The translations under genes were made by a program, and so were the position numbers. A stretch of 64,000 nucleotides of DNA from an uncultured virus (IMG/VR IMGVR_UViG_3300047160_026157) (Duplodnaviria; Heunggongvirae; Uroviricota; Caudoviricetes): the IMG/VR virus record IMGVR_UViG_3300047160_026157; one strand, given 5' to 3'. Every line of letters starts with the position of its first letter. Position 1 is the stretch's first letter. The notes beneath the pieces were generated by a model. The model was not told the DNA's origin, made no database searches, and was given only the letters and a program-made list of their open reading frames with translations. Below are positions 44,035 to 53,883 of the stretch, piece after piece.

Positions 44035-44628
44035 ATGCCGGATCAGCCTCCCGACTACACGACCGACGACCCTATCGTGACGATCTCGCCGGACGGCTTC
44101 CCGCAGGTGGTCACGATCAGCGACCAGCCGCTCTACACCGGCTCGGACATCGTCAAGAGCGACACCGCCCCCTTCTACCTGGCCTTCGGTTACACGACGG
44201 TCTACCAGAAGGACCACGGCCTGCGCGGCTCGGGGGTCGCGGCGGCCAAGTTCACCAAGCCGGCCGCCTTCTGGCGGGTGCATAGTGGGCAGTGCATCAA
44301 GACCGTGACCTGGGTGGCGATGGCGGCCGAGCAGGTCCCGGTGGCGCCGCACACCGACACGGGCAACCCCAACGAGGTGCTCCTGCACGAGACGATTGGC
44401 CTTATAGGGCCGTGCAACGCCCCGGACGGCCAGCGTGCCATCGGGATCTACGGGATCTACGTCTATCTGCTCCAGCAGTTCCCCGCCCCGACCGATCCCC
44501 TGTTCATGGGGGATAGCCCCTTCGACGTGGACCCCTCCCAGGTCATCACCCCGGACCAGTTCTCGAAGTACATCATCGGCCCGGCCCCCGCCCCGGCGGC
44601 CTTCATGGGCGGGACCATCGGCTACTAA
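44035..44628 (+). CDS. Putative tail protein
   Basis: Position in the tail module. Confidence 0.6.
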   Translation: MPDQPPDYTTDDPIVTISPDGFPQVVTISDQPLYTGSDIVKSDTAPFYLAFGYTTVYQKDHGLRGSGVAAAKFTKPAAFWRVHSGQCIKTVTWVAMAAEQVPVAPHTDTGNPNEVLLHETIGLIGPCNAPDGQRAIGIYGIYVYLLQQFPAPTDPLFMGDSPFDVDPSQVITPDQFSKYIIGPAPAPAAFMGGTIGY

Positions 44629-44639
44629 GGGGGTGGGCC

Positions 44640-45896
44640 GTGGACGAAGGGCGGGATCTGGCGGCGAGGCGGGAGCACAGCGTGCGATTCCTGGCGCACC
44701 TCTCGCCTACGGAGGTGCGGCGGGTCCGGCAGCTGCACCAGGAGAGCACGTCCGGCGGCCCCAGTTTCGACTTCATGGACTGGCTGGGGGAGATCCTCGA
44801 CCGCGGCGGGTTCTCCATCGCTGCCGGGAAGAGCTACCTCCTGGACTGGTGGGCGTCCGGGGAAGGCAAGCTCCTTCCACAGTCGGGCGGGGAGATTCCC
44901 ACCTACGCGCCTGCGCGCCCCGGGCCGGCTCCGGCGCCCCGGGCCGGCCGCCGGGGCAGGCGAGCTGCCCCCCAGGCCCCGCCGCCGCCCAGCACGGCCG
45001 CGGCACCGCCCCCCCGCCAGCCGCCCGGAGCGGGCGGGGCGGCCGCGGCACCGTCGGCCACCCGGCCGCCCCCGCGTGGGCTGCCCCGCCAGGGAGGCAC
45101 CTTCGCGACCAACCCGCTGTTGCTCGACGAGTGGAGGAACCTGGAGCGGGGCACCATGCGGGAGGGCGGGCTGCCCCCCCCACAGCTGGCCCGCTACAAC
45201 GAGCTGAAGCCGCAGTACGACGCCTACGTCCAGGCGGTGGCGGCGGGCACCGTCGCCGTGGCCGGGGCCCCGCCGCCCGCGAAGCCGCCGCCGGCTCCCG
45301 CCCCGGCGGCCGCCGGGGCCGCCCCGCCGAAGGCCCCCGCACCTGCCCCGGCCCCCGCCAGGCCGGCGACGCCGCCACGCCAGCCGGCCCCAGCTCCGGC
45401 CCCGGCCCCACAGCCGGCCCCACAGCCGTCGGCCGGCGGGCCCGGCACCTACAACATTCTGGGCGACTGGAGCCAGCCGCCGCCGGTCCGCGGCCCGGGC
45501 CTGACGCCGGCCGGCCCGGGCCGGGCCCCGCCTCGGCGGGCCCCCCGGGTGGCCGCGGCCCCGACGGCGCCCGCGGCCGTCGGCGACACGGGCCAGACTC
45601 GCCTCATCGAGAGGGGCATCCGGGCCCTGGAGCAGCTGACGGAGAAGGTCGAGGACCTCGCCGAGAAGATGGACAAGCACCTGGGGGCCGGCCAGGGCGG
45701 GGCCCAGAGGGGGCAGGGGCAGCCGCAGGAGAACGAGGCGGGCCAGCCCCGGGCCGCGGGCGGTCTGGGCCACCGGGGCGGCCCCTATATTCCCGACACC
45801 TCCAAGCCCCAGATCGGGATTGGCGGCGGGCAGCTGGCCGACCGGCTCGCCTGGTTCCGCGAGAAGTACAACATCGGTTTCGGCCTGGGCATCTGA
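44640..45896 (+). CDS. Pro/Ala-rich protein with C-terminal coiled coil
   Basis: 418 aa ORF; function unknown. Confidence 0.6.
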   Translation: MDEGRDLAARREHSVRFLAHLSPTEVRRVRQLHQESTSGGPSFDFMDWLGEILDRGGFSIAAGKSYLLDWWASGEGKLLPQSGGEIPTYAPARPGPAPAPRAGRRGRRAAPQAPPPPSTAAAPPPRQPPGAGGAAAAPSATRPPPRGLPRQGGTFATNPLLLDEWRNLERGTMREGGLPPPQLARYNELKPQYDAYVQAVAAGTVAVAGAPPPAKPPPAPAPAAAGAAPPKAPAPAPAPARPATPPRQPAPAPAPAPQPAPQPSAGGPGTYNILGDWSQPPPVRGPGLTPAGPGRAPPRRAPRVAAAPTAPAAVGDTGQTRLIERGIRALEQLTEKVEDLAEKMDKHLGAGQGGAQRGQGQPQENEAGQPRAAGGLGHRGGPYIPDTSKPQIGIGGGQLADRLAWFREKYNIGFGLGI

Positions 45897-45911
45897 GAGG
45901 GACTAGCGGAG

Positions 45912-45963
45912 CCCGCTGAGTGGTGCGAGTCTTCGAGCACCCGTAGGCGGGCGGAGCGGGGAC
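45912..45963 (+). promoter_or_regulatory. Conserved RNA hairpin leader, copy 2
   Basis: See copy 1. Confidence 0.65.
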
Positions 45964-45970
45964 TAAAGCG

Positions 45971-47611
45971 ATGGCGAAGCTGGAGTACAACGGCATCCTC
46001 CTGGAGAACGTCCGCACCCTCGACTACTCGGTCGAGCCGGACATGGACCCCTCGGGGATGGACTTCGAGTGCGTCAAGGTAAACGTCACCGTGGAGGGTC
46101 TGTGGCAGGACTGGGCCCTGGCGACCAACACGCCGCCCTACCAGCTCAACGCCGGCGGGGTGCCGGCGCCGCCCGACCCCAAGGTCTGGGGCCAGAAGGG
46201 CGACCGGCTGGGCATCTCCATCTACACCATCCGCGAGTTCCTGGAGGCCCCCCGGAGGCGGCTGCGCTACTGGATCGGCAACGACCTGGTCCTGATCTCG
46301 CCACAGCTGAGAGGCGACGGCAGCTACTACCTCACCGACGTGAAGGGCGGGCCCTTCCCGCACCGCACCAACATGGTCAAGATCGTTGGCGACCGCACGG
46401 CCTGGGTGCGCTTCGGGGTGGAAACGTATGTGTCCAAGTGCCCGCACTACCTGCTCAGTAACCGCTGGAGCGTCCACAGCAGCGTGGACCAGCACGGCTT
46501 CACGTCGCTTACCTACCACGGCCGGGCCAGCTTCAGGAAGGACTTCATGATTGACCGGAACCTCCAGCCGGACGACTGGAGGCAGTACATCATCCTGCCC
46601 TGCGACGCCATGATGAAGCGCGTCGGCGTGGACGTGACCGTCAACCGCGAGGGCACCGAGGTCGAGTACGTGGTCCACGACCGGCACACGAACTATGGGA
46701 CGGGGGCCAACTCGGCCATCTCCAAGATCGAGTGCAACGTGACCTCGGGGGCCCGGGGTGCCATCCAGGATATCCGCGGGCTGGCCACGTCGGCCATGAA
46801 CCTGGGCAGCGCCGCGGCGGGCACGGCGGGCTCGATCATCAAGGGCGACATCGGCGGGGCCATCAAGGGGACGCTGGGCATGGGGGGGCAGATCCTCAAC
46901 ATCATGGTGCCCTACACCGTCCTGGCGGGCGTCTGCCGCGTCTACGGGCAGATGGGCGCCGACCGCTTCCAGCTGGCCGTCATCGGCTGGAACTTCCTGC
47001 AAGACCGTCTGGGCTCGGCCTTCCCGGTCTCGGCGACCCTGCACGTGGACTGGTCGGACGAGACGCCCCCCTTCATCGAGTGGACCGTCCAGCACTTTGG
47101 CCGGATGCAGATGTTCGCCGGCCAGATCACCCGCGGCCTGGTCCAGGGGCAGACCAAGGCCGACCCGCCGCTCAAGTGGAACTCGCCGGGCTTGACGGGC
47201 GCCGCCCCGGGCACGGTCGGCCCGGACATCACGGGGGGCAGTCCCTTGGTCGAAAAGTTCTGGCGGCTCCCAACCGAGCCGGGCAAGACCACGCCCCGGA
47301 CCAAGCTGCCCAAGGCCAACAACTCCCGCGGCGCCTACGTGGGCCAGCTGGTGGCCCAGGCGTTGTCCGTCTCCACCTGCGAGGTGCCCAGGCTTCCGCC
47401 CACGGGCCAGACGCCGGACCGGAACTACCCGTCGGTCTCGGCCAACGGCTACAACTCCGACTACGACGTGGTGCTCTCGGCCCAGGGCGACACCAACAAC
47501 CTGGGCTACGGCGACCCCTCGGGCGGCTACGAGCTGAACGCGGGCACGCCGCCGGGCGGCGACTCGGGCGGCGACGGCGGGGGCGGTGATTACTCGCTGG
47601 GGACGAAGTGA
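45971..47611 (+). CDS. Putative tail/baseplate protein
   Basis: 546 aa; typical codon usage; tail module. Confidence 0.6.
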   Translation: MAKLEYNGILLENVRTLDYSVEPDMDPSGMDFECVKVNVTVEGLWQDWALATNTPPYQLNAGGVPAPPDPKVWGQKGDRLGISIYTIREFLEAPRRRLRYWIGNDLVLISPQLRGDGSYYLTDVKGGPFPHRTNMVKIVGDRTAWVRFGVETYVSKCPHYLLSNRWSVHSSVDQHGFTSLTYHGRASFRKDFMIDRNLQPDDWRQYIILPCDAMMKRVGVDVTVNREGTEVEYVVHDRHTNYGTGANSAISKIECNVTSGARGAIQDIRGLATSAMNLGSAAAGTAGSIIKGDIGGAIKGTLGMGGQILNIMVPYTVLAGVCRVYGQMGADRFQLAVIGWNFLQDRLGSAFPVSATLHVDWSDETPPFIEWTVQHFGRMQMFAGQITRGLVQGQTKADPPLKWNSPGLTGAAPGTVGPDITGGSPLVEKFWRLPTEPGKTTPRTKLPKANNSRGAYVGQLVAQALSVSTCEVPRLPPTGQTPDRNYPSVSANGYNSDYDVVLSAQGDTNNLGYGDPSGGYELNAGTPPGGDSGGDGGGGDYSLGTK

Positions 47612-47985
47612 CCATGCTGACGCGCATCCACGTCAACCAGGCCGTCCTCAGGGCCAACCAGAAGAACGGCACCAACGACCCGGTCCTCACCGTGAAGTCG
47701 GGCCGGTCGAACCGTTACGGCCACCGCGTCCTGATCCACGGGCCCTCGGAGGTCGTCTACCGGCCCCTGAGGCCCCTTTCCTGCGGGGCCCGGGCCTGGG
47801 TGGAGACGCGGGCGGCGGTGACGGTCCTCGTTGACTACTCGGAAAAAGCAAGTCAACCTGCCCTTGGATCCCCCGCTTTGACCGGCCGGGGCCCCTGGGT
47901 CTACCCTCCCGGGTATGACCATCGCGCTGACGGGGGCCGGCGGCCTGTTCACCGTTGCCGGCCACATGTGGGGGGGCATGGCTGA
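47608..47985 (+). CDS. Conserved phage hypothetical protein (IHVNQ...PLSCGARAWVET); 3' end possibly frameshifted
   Basis: Recognisable phage motif; extra A in the embedded palindrome. Confidence 0.65.
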   Translation: MTMLTRIHVNQAVLRANQKNGTNDPVLTVKSGRSNRYGHRVLIHGPSEVVYRPLRPLSCGARAWVETRAAVTVLVDYSEKASQPALGSPALTGRGPWVYPPGYDHRADGGRRPVHRCRPHVGGHG

Positions 47986-49333
47986 CGTCCTGGCCATCCA
48001 GGGCGCCGCCGCCACGCCGCGCGTCCTGGCCGCGGCCTCGATGAAGACGCGCTGGAACACGCTGGACGCGGACTTCGCCGCCAGCCCTCAGAAAAGCTCC
48101 ACCTTCGATGGCTTCTACAACGCCCTGACCGCCTACCAGGGCGCCCAGGCCGGCGTGATGAACCAGCTCGTCGGCCTGGCCACGAACCTCTTTATCCGCA
48201 TGGCCGACGACGACATCGGCCTCAAGTCGAAGACGTTCTCGGTGGCCCTGACCGAGGTGATCCGGCAGATGGTGGCCAACGCCCAGACCGTGAACGCTAC
48301 CACGGTCGTTCTGGGCCCGGTGACCCCTCTGGGCACGCCCGTTGGCACCCCGGTCATTGTCGTCTCGGTCGTGGACGGCACGGGGGCGGTCTTGCAGTAC
48401 CTCTTCCAGGACGTGCTGCGCTTCGTCTGCACCTCCGACTCCCAGACGGGCAACGCCACGCCCGGCCAGGAGACGGTCACCGTCAGCACGCAGGCCGCCG
48501 TGACGCCCTCCATCGCCTACAACTGGCCCTCCGGCTCGGGTGTCAGCGTGGCCCTGCCCTGTGTGGACGGCTCGCAGTCGAACGCCGCCGGCAACCTCCT
48601 CATGAACTCTGGCTTCGAGACGTTCACGACCACCAACTACCCGGACAACTGGGTGACGCTGGTGGGCACGCCCGGCACGCAGATCCTCAACGGCGGCCCG
48701 GCGAACGTGTACTCGGGCGCCGGCTCCTTGCAGCTCCAGGGGGACGCGGGCGGCAGCTTGACGGCCCTCACGCAGGAGTTCAACCACCTGGTATCGACGT
48801 CGGCCGGGGCCGGCGGCACGCCCGCCAAGGTGACGCCGCAGACGCCCTACGCCCTGAACGGCTGGATCAAGTGCTCCGCGACGCCGACGGCCGGGGTCCT
48901 GGAGTTCTCCCTGACAGACGGCAACAACGTCACCCTCGCCGACGCCTCGGGCACGAACAATCTCTTCACGAGGTCCCTGACCACCGTTTCGACCACCTGG
49001 TTGCCCGTCTCGGGCGTCTTCCGCCTGCCGGCCGTCCTGCCGCCGATTGTCCGGCTCAAGGCCCGGCTCTCGACGGCCATTGATTCCGGGAAGTCGGTTT
49101 ACCTGGACCGCCTGAGCTTCACCAAGATGGCCCAGCTCTATACGGGCGGCCCGTTCGCGGCGGTCTTCTCCGGCTCGACGAACCTCCTGAGCTCGGACAG
49201 CTGGACGGTGGCGGTGACGCCGACCTGGGGGGCGATTCAGCTGATGATGGAGCGCGGCTTCGGCATGCGCACCCTGGCCCTGACCTTGCCCAACTCCACG
49301 ACGCCGACCATCCCGGACAGCCTCATCACGTAG
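47915..49333 (+). CDS. Virion structural protein with carbohydrate-binding-like domain
   Basis: NLLMNSGFE...PDNW; leaderless promoter upstream. Confidence 0.65.
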   Translation: MTIALTGAGGLFTVAGHMWGGMADVLAIQGAAATPRVLAAASMKTRWNTLDADFAASPQKSSTFDGFYNALTAYQGAQAGVMNQLVGLATNLFIRMADDDIGLKSKTFSVALTEVIRQMVANAQTVNATTVVLGPVTPLGTPVGTPVIVVSVVDGTGAVLQYLFQDVLRFVCTSDSQTGNATPGQETVTVSTQAAVTPSIAYNWPSGSGVSVALPCVDGSQSNAAGNLLMNSGFETFTTTNYPDNWVTLVGTPGTQILNGGPANVYSGAGSLQLQGDAGGSLTALTQEFNHLVSTSAGAGGTPAKVTPQTPYALNGWIKCSATPTAGVLEFSLTDGNNVTLADASGTNNLFTRSLTTVSTTWLPVSGVFRLPAVLPPIVRLKARLSTAIDSGKSVYLDRLSFTKMAQLYTGGPFAAVFSGSTNLLSSDSWTVAVTPTWGAIQLMMERGFGMRTLALTLPNSTTPTIPDSLIT

Positions 49334-49343
49334 GAGGTGGCAC

Positions 49344-49517
49344 GTGCCTGAAGGCAGCGGTCCCCTTGCCGCACAATTTATGGACGGGACTGGTCCCCCC
49401 GCGGACGACTTCCCGCTGGTCCTGGCGTGCATGGTGGTCATGATCGTTTTGGGCGCCTGGACGGCGGGCCCGTACTTGCTCCAGGTCCTCTTTGGGGTGT
49501 TCTTCTACCCCTATTAG
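49344..49517 (+). CDS. Small membrane protein (57 aa)
   Basis: AGGAGG RBS and GTG; hydrophobic C-terminal half. Confidence 0.5.
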   Translation: MPEGSGPLAAQFMDGTGPPADDFPLVLACMVVMIVLGAWTAGPYLLQVLFGVFFYPY

Positions 49518-49533
49518 GGGAGAGAGGTGTATC

Positions 49534-49803
49534 ATCGCTACTCTGGCCGAGATTAAGGCGCAAAGGGACAAGGTGTCGGCCGCGGTCGATGCCTGGGAAG
49601 TGACGGCCACGCAGGCCAGCGCCGACGCCACGCAGGCGGCCTCCGACGCCGCTATCGCGACCACGTCGCAGCAGACCGCGGACGCCAGCCAGGCCCTGGC
49701 CGACCAGAAGCGGGCCGAGGCGGCCGCCGAGGCGCAGATCCTGGCCGATATGTTCGCCGAGGAGCCCACCGGGCTGGCGGCGCGGGCGGGGAGGAAGAAG
49801 TGA
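49534..49803 (+). CDS. Ala-rich coiled-coil protein with apparent ATC start
   Basis: GAGGT RBS 5 nt before ATC-GCT-ACT-CTG. Confidence 0.55.
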   Translation: MATLAEIKAQRDKVSAAVDAWEVTATQASADATQAASDAAIATTSQQTADASQALADQKRAEAAAEAQILADMFAEEPTGLAARAGRKK

Positions 49804-50027
49804 TGCTCCAGCCAAGCACGCTGGGCGGCCTGCGGCCCGGCGACAAGTGCGTGGTGGACGATGGCAACTATGGCCACTGCTCGGGCCAGGAGGTCATCGT
49901 CATCGACCCGGGCGTGGCGAGCGAGATGAACCCGCCGCCCCAGGAGACGCGGCGGCCGGTGCTGATCCCCGAGTCGGGCCGCATCATGCTTCTCGTGAGC
50001 AGCACCCCGGTCCTGATCGAAGACTAA
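49800..50027 (+). CDS. Hypothetical protein
   Basis: GGAGG RBS; GTGA coupling. Confidence 0.55.
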   Translation: MMLQPSTLGGLRPGDKCVVDDGNYGHCSGQEVIVIDPGVASEMNPPPQETRRPVLIPESGRIMLLVSSTPVLIED

Positions 50028-50030
50028 GCC

Positions 50031-50561
50031 GTGCCGTCGCAGCTGCTCTACAACCGCTCCAACGAGGTCCTCAAGGCGCTGCGGGGCCGGCTGGCGACGA
50101 TGCTCAACTGGCACGTCGAACGCATCCTGATCGCGGCGGCGGGCCCGGAGGACTGCGAGCATCTGGCCAGTGAGCAGGACATCGTTCTGAAGGCCGGGCA
50201 CGAGGGCGAGGCCCCCGGCGGCGGCGAGGGCGGCTTCGAGGGCGGCGGCCGCTACGTGATGCGGCGGCAGCGTGACGTGGCCATCTACCCGCGCACCCGG
50301 GTCTGGCTCGACGAGGCCCCGCAGGACGCCGTCCACATCACCGACGCCAGCCTCGGGCACTGGGCCCTGGAAGACCTGATCATCGACTACGTCCAGGCGT
50401 GGTTCGCCCTGGACAGCTCTCTGAACGCCATCTCGGAGCCCTTCGTCTGCAAGGGCATCGGCGAGCCGGCCCGGGACCACCGGGACAAGGGTTGGATCTC
50501 CAGCCGGATCGACTGCGCCTTCGTCTACGAGCGGCTGGTGACCCTGGCGGAGATAGCCTGA
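50031..50561 (+). CDS. Putative tail completion/terminator protein
   Basis: Size, acidic beta-rich pattern and position. Confidence 0.5.
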   Translation: MPSQLLYNRSNEVLKALRGRLATMLNWHVERILIAAAGPEDCEHLASEQDIVLKAGHEGEAPGGGEGGFEGGGRYVMRRQRDVAIYPRTRVWLDEAPQDAVHITDASLGHWALEDLIIDYVQAWFALDSSLNAISEPFVCKGIGEPARDHRDKGWISSRIDCAFVYERLVTLAEIA

Positions 50562-53500
50562 TGCCTGGCGCCAAGTTCCTGCCCACGCACCTCAACGACC
50601 TGTCGGCCGACGTCGCCCTCGTCGGGCCGGCCCAGGGGGACGTGTTCTTCCGCTCCGGGAGCCGCTGGGTGAACCTGCCGGCCGGCCAGGCGGGGCAGGT
50701 CTTGATGACTAACGGCCCCGGGGCTGATCCCGGCTGGGGCAGCTTGCCGGTCGTGACCAACGAGGGCGAGTGGAGCTACACCGCCCAGAGCTTCACGCCG
50801 CCCGGCACCGACCCTGGCAACGGCAAGTTCAGGACGGACCAGACGACCTGGGGAGCTTCCGGCTACCTGGCCGTCAGCACCCTGGCCACCGGCAACGTGG
50901 ACCGCTCCGCCTACCTGGCGGACCTGGTCGTCAACGACACCGTCCAGATCAATACCAAGGCCACCTCGGGCAACTTCGTCCGCTACCGCGTTACGGCGTT
51001 ACCGACCCCGAACCCGTCCACCAACCCGACGTGGTATCTGATCCCCGTCTCGGTCGAGGACGTGGGCGGGGTGACGCCTTCCGGCAACACCGCCTGTCTG
51101 CTCACTTTCGAGGGGACGGGCGGGCAGCCGGTCGTTGGCCCGGGTGGGCCGGCCAACGCCATCCAGTACAGCAACGGCTCGGGCGGCTTCGCCGGCTCGG
51201 CTGGCTTCACCTTCGACGGCGCTCAGTTGCTCCTCCAGACACCTGGGGGCTACAACTACGACATCTTCGACATCCTCGATATTGCCGGCACTGCTTCCAT
51301 CGGCTTCCGCGGGAGGACGGACCAGGCCCCGGGGCCTGGAATCTTCCTTGGTATCGACCACACCATGGGCACCACGAGCATCACGGGTGCGGGTCTGACC
51401 TTTGGCCGGCTGTCCGGGACCAACCTTGATTTGCCCTCCCCTACGGGAGGCCCCCTGGCGGTGCGGGTTGCATCCTATGCGACCGCGCTGAAAGTCAACC
51501 AGGATACCACGGTAAACGTGGCGGGGGTGTTGCAAACGCTGGCCCCTGCTAGCGGGGCTGGGGTGACTCTGACCCTGGCGGCCAGCAACGCCGTCTCGGG
51601 CAACACCCCAGGCGGCAACGTGGTCTTGACGCCGGGGGCGGGGTTCGGCACGGGCGTGGCCGGCCAGGTAGTCGTGACGGGTAGCAGCACCTCGATCAAC
51701 AGCGTGACCTACACCTGGCCCTCTGTGCAGGGCGGTGCCTCGACGGTGCTGACCAACGACGGCTCTGGCGGCCTGACGTGGGCCGCGGCCGGTGGCGGTG
51801 GCGGCGGCACCCCCGCCGCCCCGGTCAACTCGGTTCAATTCAACAATGCTGGTGCCTTCGGCGGCAGTGCCAACCTCGTCTGGACCGGCACTGCACTTTC
51901 CAGCCCTGGTGCTGGCGGTAGTAGCGAGCATTTCGGTCTGGGTTCAACCGCGGCGGGGACCAACGGGGTAGCCTTCGGCTATGGTGCCTCAGCGAGTGCC
52001 GCGAACAGCGTCGCGATTGGCCAGAATAGCTCCGCCTCCAACGTCGCGGCCCTGGCCATTGGCTCTGCGGCAGTCGCTTCCAGCTCCAACTCCTGCGCCG
52101 TGGGCGTGCTGGCGACTGCGGCAGGGGCGAACTCCTTTGCGATGGGAGAGAACTCGTCGGTGTCCAGCAGTGCGGCCTACGGCATCGCTATCGGCCACTC
52201 TGCCGCCGTCGCCGCGACACATCAGGCATCGGTGGCAATCGGCGAGTCCGCCACGACGACGGCCGCCAACCAAATGATGATCGGCTCCTCGCCGGCACTC
52301 ATCTCACAGGTCGTGTTCGCGGCCACCGCCGTCAAGATCTCGGCTGGGGCACCGGCCTCTGGTGCCGGTAACGCCCTCACCCTGGCCGGCTCCAATGCCG
52401 TCAGCGGCAACACCAACGGTGGCAATGTAGTCCTGACTCCAGGGGCCGGGTTCGGCACGGGCGTGGCGGGACAGATTCTTGCCGGCATCAACGGTGTCGT
52501 CAACGACCCTGTTTACTCCTTCGCGTCGGACCCTGCCACGGGGATCTGGTCTCCCGGCACCTATCAGTTTGCCATCTCCATCGCTAACACCTGTCAGGTC
52601 AGGGCCAGTACCTCTTTCTGGCTGTTCAACGCCTCGATAGACCTTCGCTGGGCCAACGCCCAGGCGGATATTGGCACGGCCGACGTGGGGCTTACCCGCG
52701 TCTCCGCTGGGGTGCTGGGCGTCACGAATGGGGCTGCCGGTACAGGCACCCTCTCGACAGGTGGGCTCAAGGTCAACGGCGTGCCCTACACCTGGCCCAA
52801 CGTCCAGGGCGGTGCCTCGACGGTGCTGACCAACGACGGTTCAGGCACTCTGTCATGGGCCGCGGCTGGCGGAGGCACCCCAGGTGGGTCCAGCGGCCAG
52901 TTGCAGTTCAACAACGCCGGAGCTTTTGGCGGCACGGTCGCGGTGGTCTACTCCACCGCAGGCTCATTGCTGACCGTCACGGCCCAGGTTCCCACCGACA
53001 AACCACTGACGATTGTGGGGGCCGCGGCACAGTCCGCTAACCTGACTGAGTGGCAGAACTCGGCGGGGGCGGCCTTCGCTTACCTCACGGCTACCGGCAT
53101 CTTCGCGGTTGGCAAGGTGGGCGGCACGGTCGGCACGACGGAGCTTCAGATCAGCCACGACGGCAACAACGTAAAGTTTATCAACAAAAAGACCAGCGGC
53201 TCATTCATCTTTCCGGTAGGCACCAGTTTCTCGCTGTGTGACTCCACATCTGGCGCCTACTGGAACATCCGGCAGAACACCGGTCCCGCCTTCACGGTCT
53301 ACAGTGGGGGCAGCTTCGCCTGGTCTAACTCGAGTGGGGCGGAAGGGCCCCTGGACACCCATATCCTGCGGGTGGTGCCAGGGGTTATCAGGGCTGGCGG
53401 CCTCTCGGATGGTAGCGGGGCTGGCTGGTTCCAGAACCCCGGCACCAAGCGCCTCTTGACCCAGGCGTCGAACGCCACCGTTACGATGCAGAGCCTGACC

Positions 53501-53875
53501 GACCTCACGGTGACGCTCCAGGCAGGGAGGAAGTACGTCGGCTACATAACGCTGTTCGCCAGGGACACCGTGGCGGCAGACGGGCTGTCTATCGACCTCA
53601 ACGGCGGTACAGCGACCTTTACCTACATCGCTTTCGGCTTTACTGGTATGCCGGGCGTGTCGGCCTTTACGAATGGCTTCTCGGGGGCAGCGGGTACTCA
53701 ACTCGCCATTACAAACATGGGTGGCACGGCCGACGTGGCGATCACCATCGCCGTCACCATCGTCTGCAACGCTGCTGGCACGCTCATCCCTCGATACGCC
53801 CAGACAACCCACAGCACGGGTACGGCGTTCGTCGAGCAGGGGAGCTTTATCAAGCTGGAAGACTGCTACAACTAG
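50561..53875 (+). CDS. Tail fibre/adhesin with YadA-like head repeats
   Basis: Repeated x[AV]IG..A.A units; duplicated QFNNAGAFGG, YTWP.VQGGASTVLTNDGSG and GGNVVLTPGAGFGTGVAGQ. Confidence 0.8.
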   Translation: MPGAKFLPTHLNDLSADVALVGPAQGDVFFRSGSRWVNLPAGQAGQVLMTNGPGADPGWGSLPVVTNEGEWSYTAQSFTPPGTDPGNGKFRTDQTTWGASGYLAVSTLATGNVDRSAYLADLVVNDTVQINTKATSGNFVRYRVTALPTPNPSTNPTWYLIPVSVEDVGGVTPSGNTACLLTFEGTGGQPVVGPGGPANAIQYSNGSGGFAGSAGFTFDGAQLLLQTPGGYNYDIFDILDIAGTASIGFRGRTDQAPGPGIFLGIDHTMGTTSITGAGLTFGRLSGTNLDLPSPTGGPLAVRVASYATALKVNQDTTVNVAGVLQTLAPASGAGVTLTLAASNAVSGNTPGGNVVLTPGAGFGTGVAGQVVVTGSSTSINSVTYTWPSVQGGASTVLTNDGSGGLTWAAAGGGGGGTPAAPVNSVQFNNAGAFGGSANLVWTGTALSSPGAGGSSEHFGLGSTAAGTNGVAFGYGASASAANSVAIGQNSSASNVAALAIGSAAVASSSNSCAVGVLATAAGANSFAMGENSSVSSSAAYGIAIGHSAAVAATHQASVAIGESATTTAANQMMIGSSPALISQVVFAATAVKISAGAPASGAGNALTLAGSNAVSGNTNGGNVVLTPGAGFGTGVAGQILAGINGVVNDPVYSFASDPATGIWSPGTYQFAISIANTCQVRASTSFWLFNASIDLRWANAQADIGTADVGLTRVSAGVLGVTNGAAGTGTLSTGGLKVNGVPYTWPNVQGGASTVLTNDGSGTLSWAAAGGGTPGGSSGQLQFNNAGAFGGTVAVVYSTAGSLLTVTAQVPTDKPLTIVGAAAQSANLTEWQNSAGAAFAYLTATGIFAVGKVGGTVGTTELQISHDGNNVKFINKKTSGSFIFPVGTSFSLCDSTSGAYWNIRQNTGPAFTVYSGGSFAWSNSSGAEGPLDTHILRVVPGVIRAGGLSDGSGAGWFQNPGTKRLLTQASNATVTMQSLTDLTVTLQAGRKYVGYITLFARDTVAADGLSIDLNGGTATFTYIAFGFTGMPGVSAFTNGFSGAAGTQLAITNMGGTADVAITIAVTIVCNAAGTLIPRYAQTTHSTGTAFVEQGSFIKLEDCYN

Positions 53876-53883
53876 GAGGCCAC

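Noticed and set aside
44640..45896. Tape measure protein
   Set aside because: Too short and Pro-rich, with no long helical repeats
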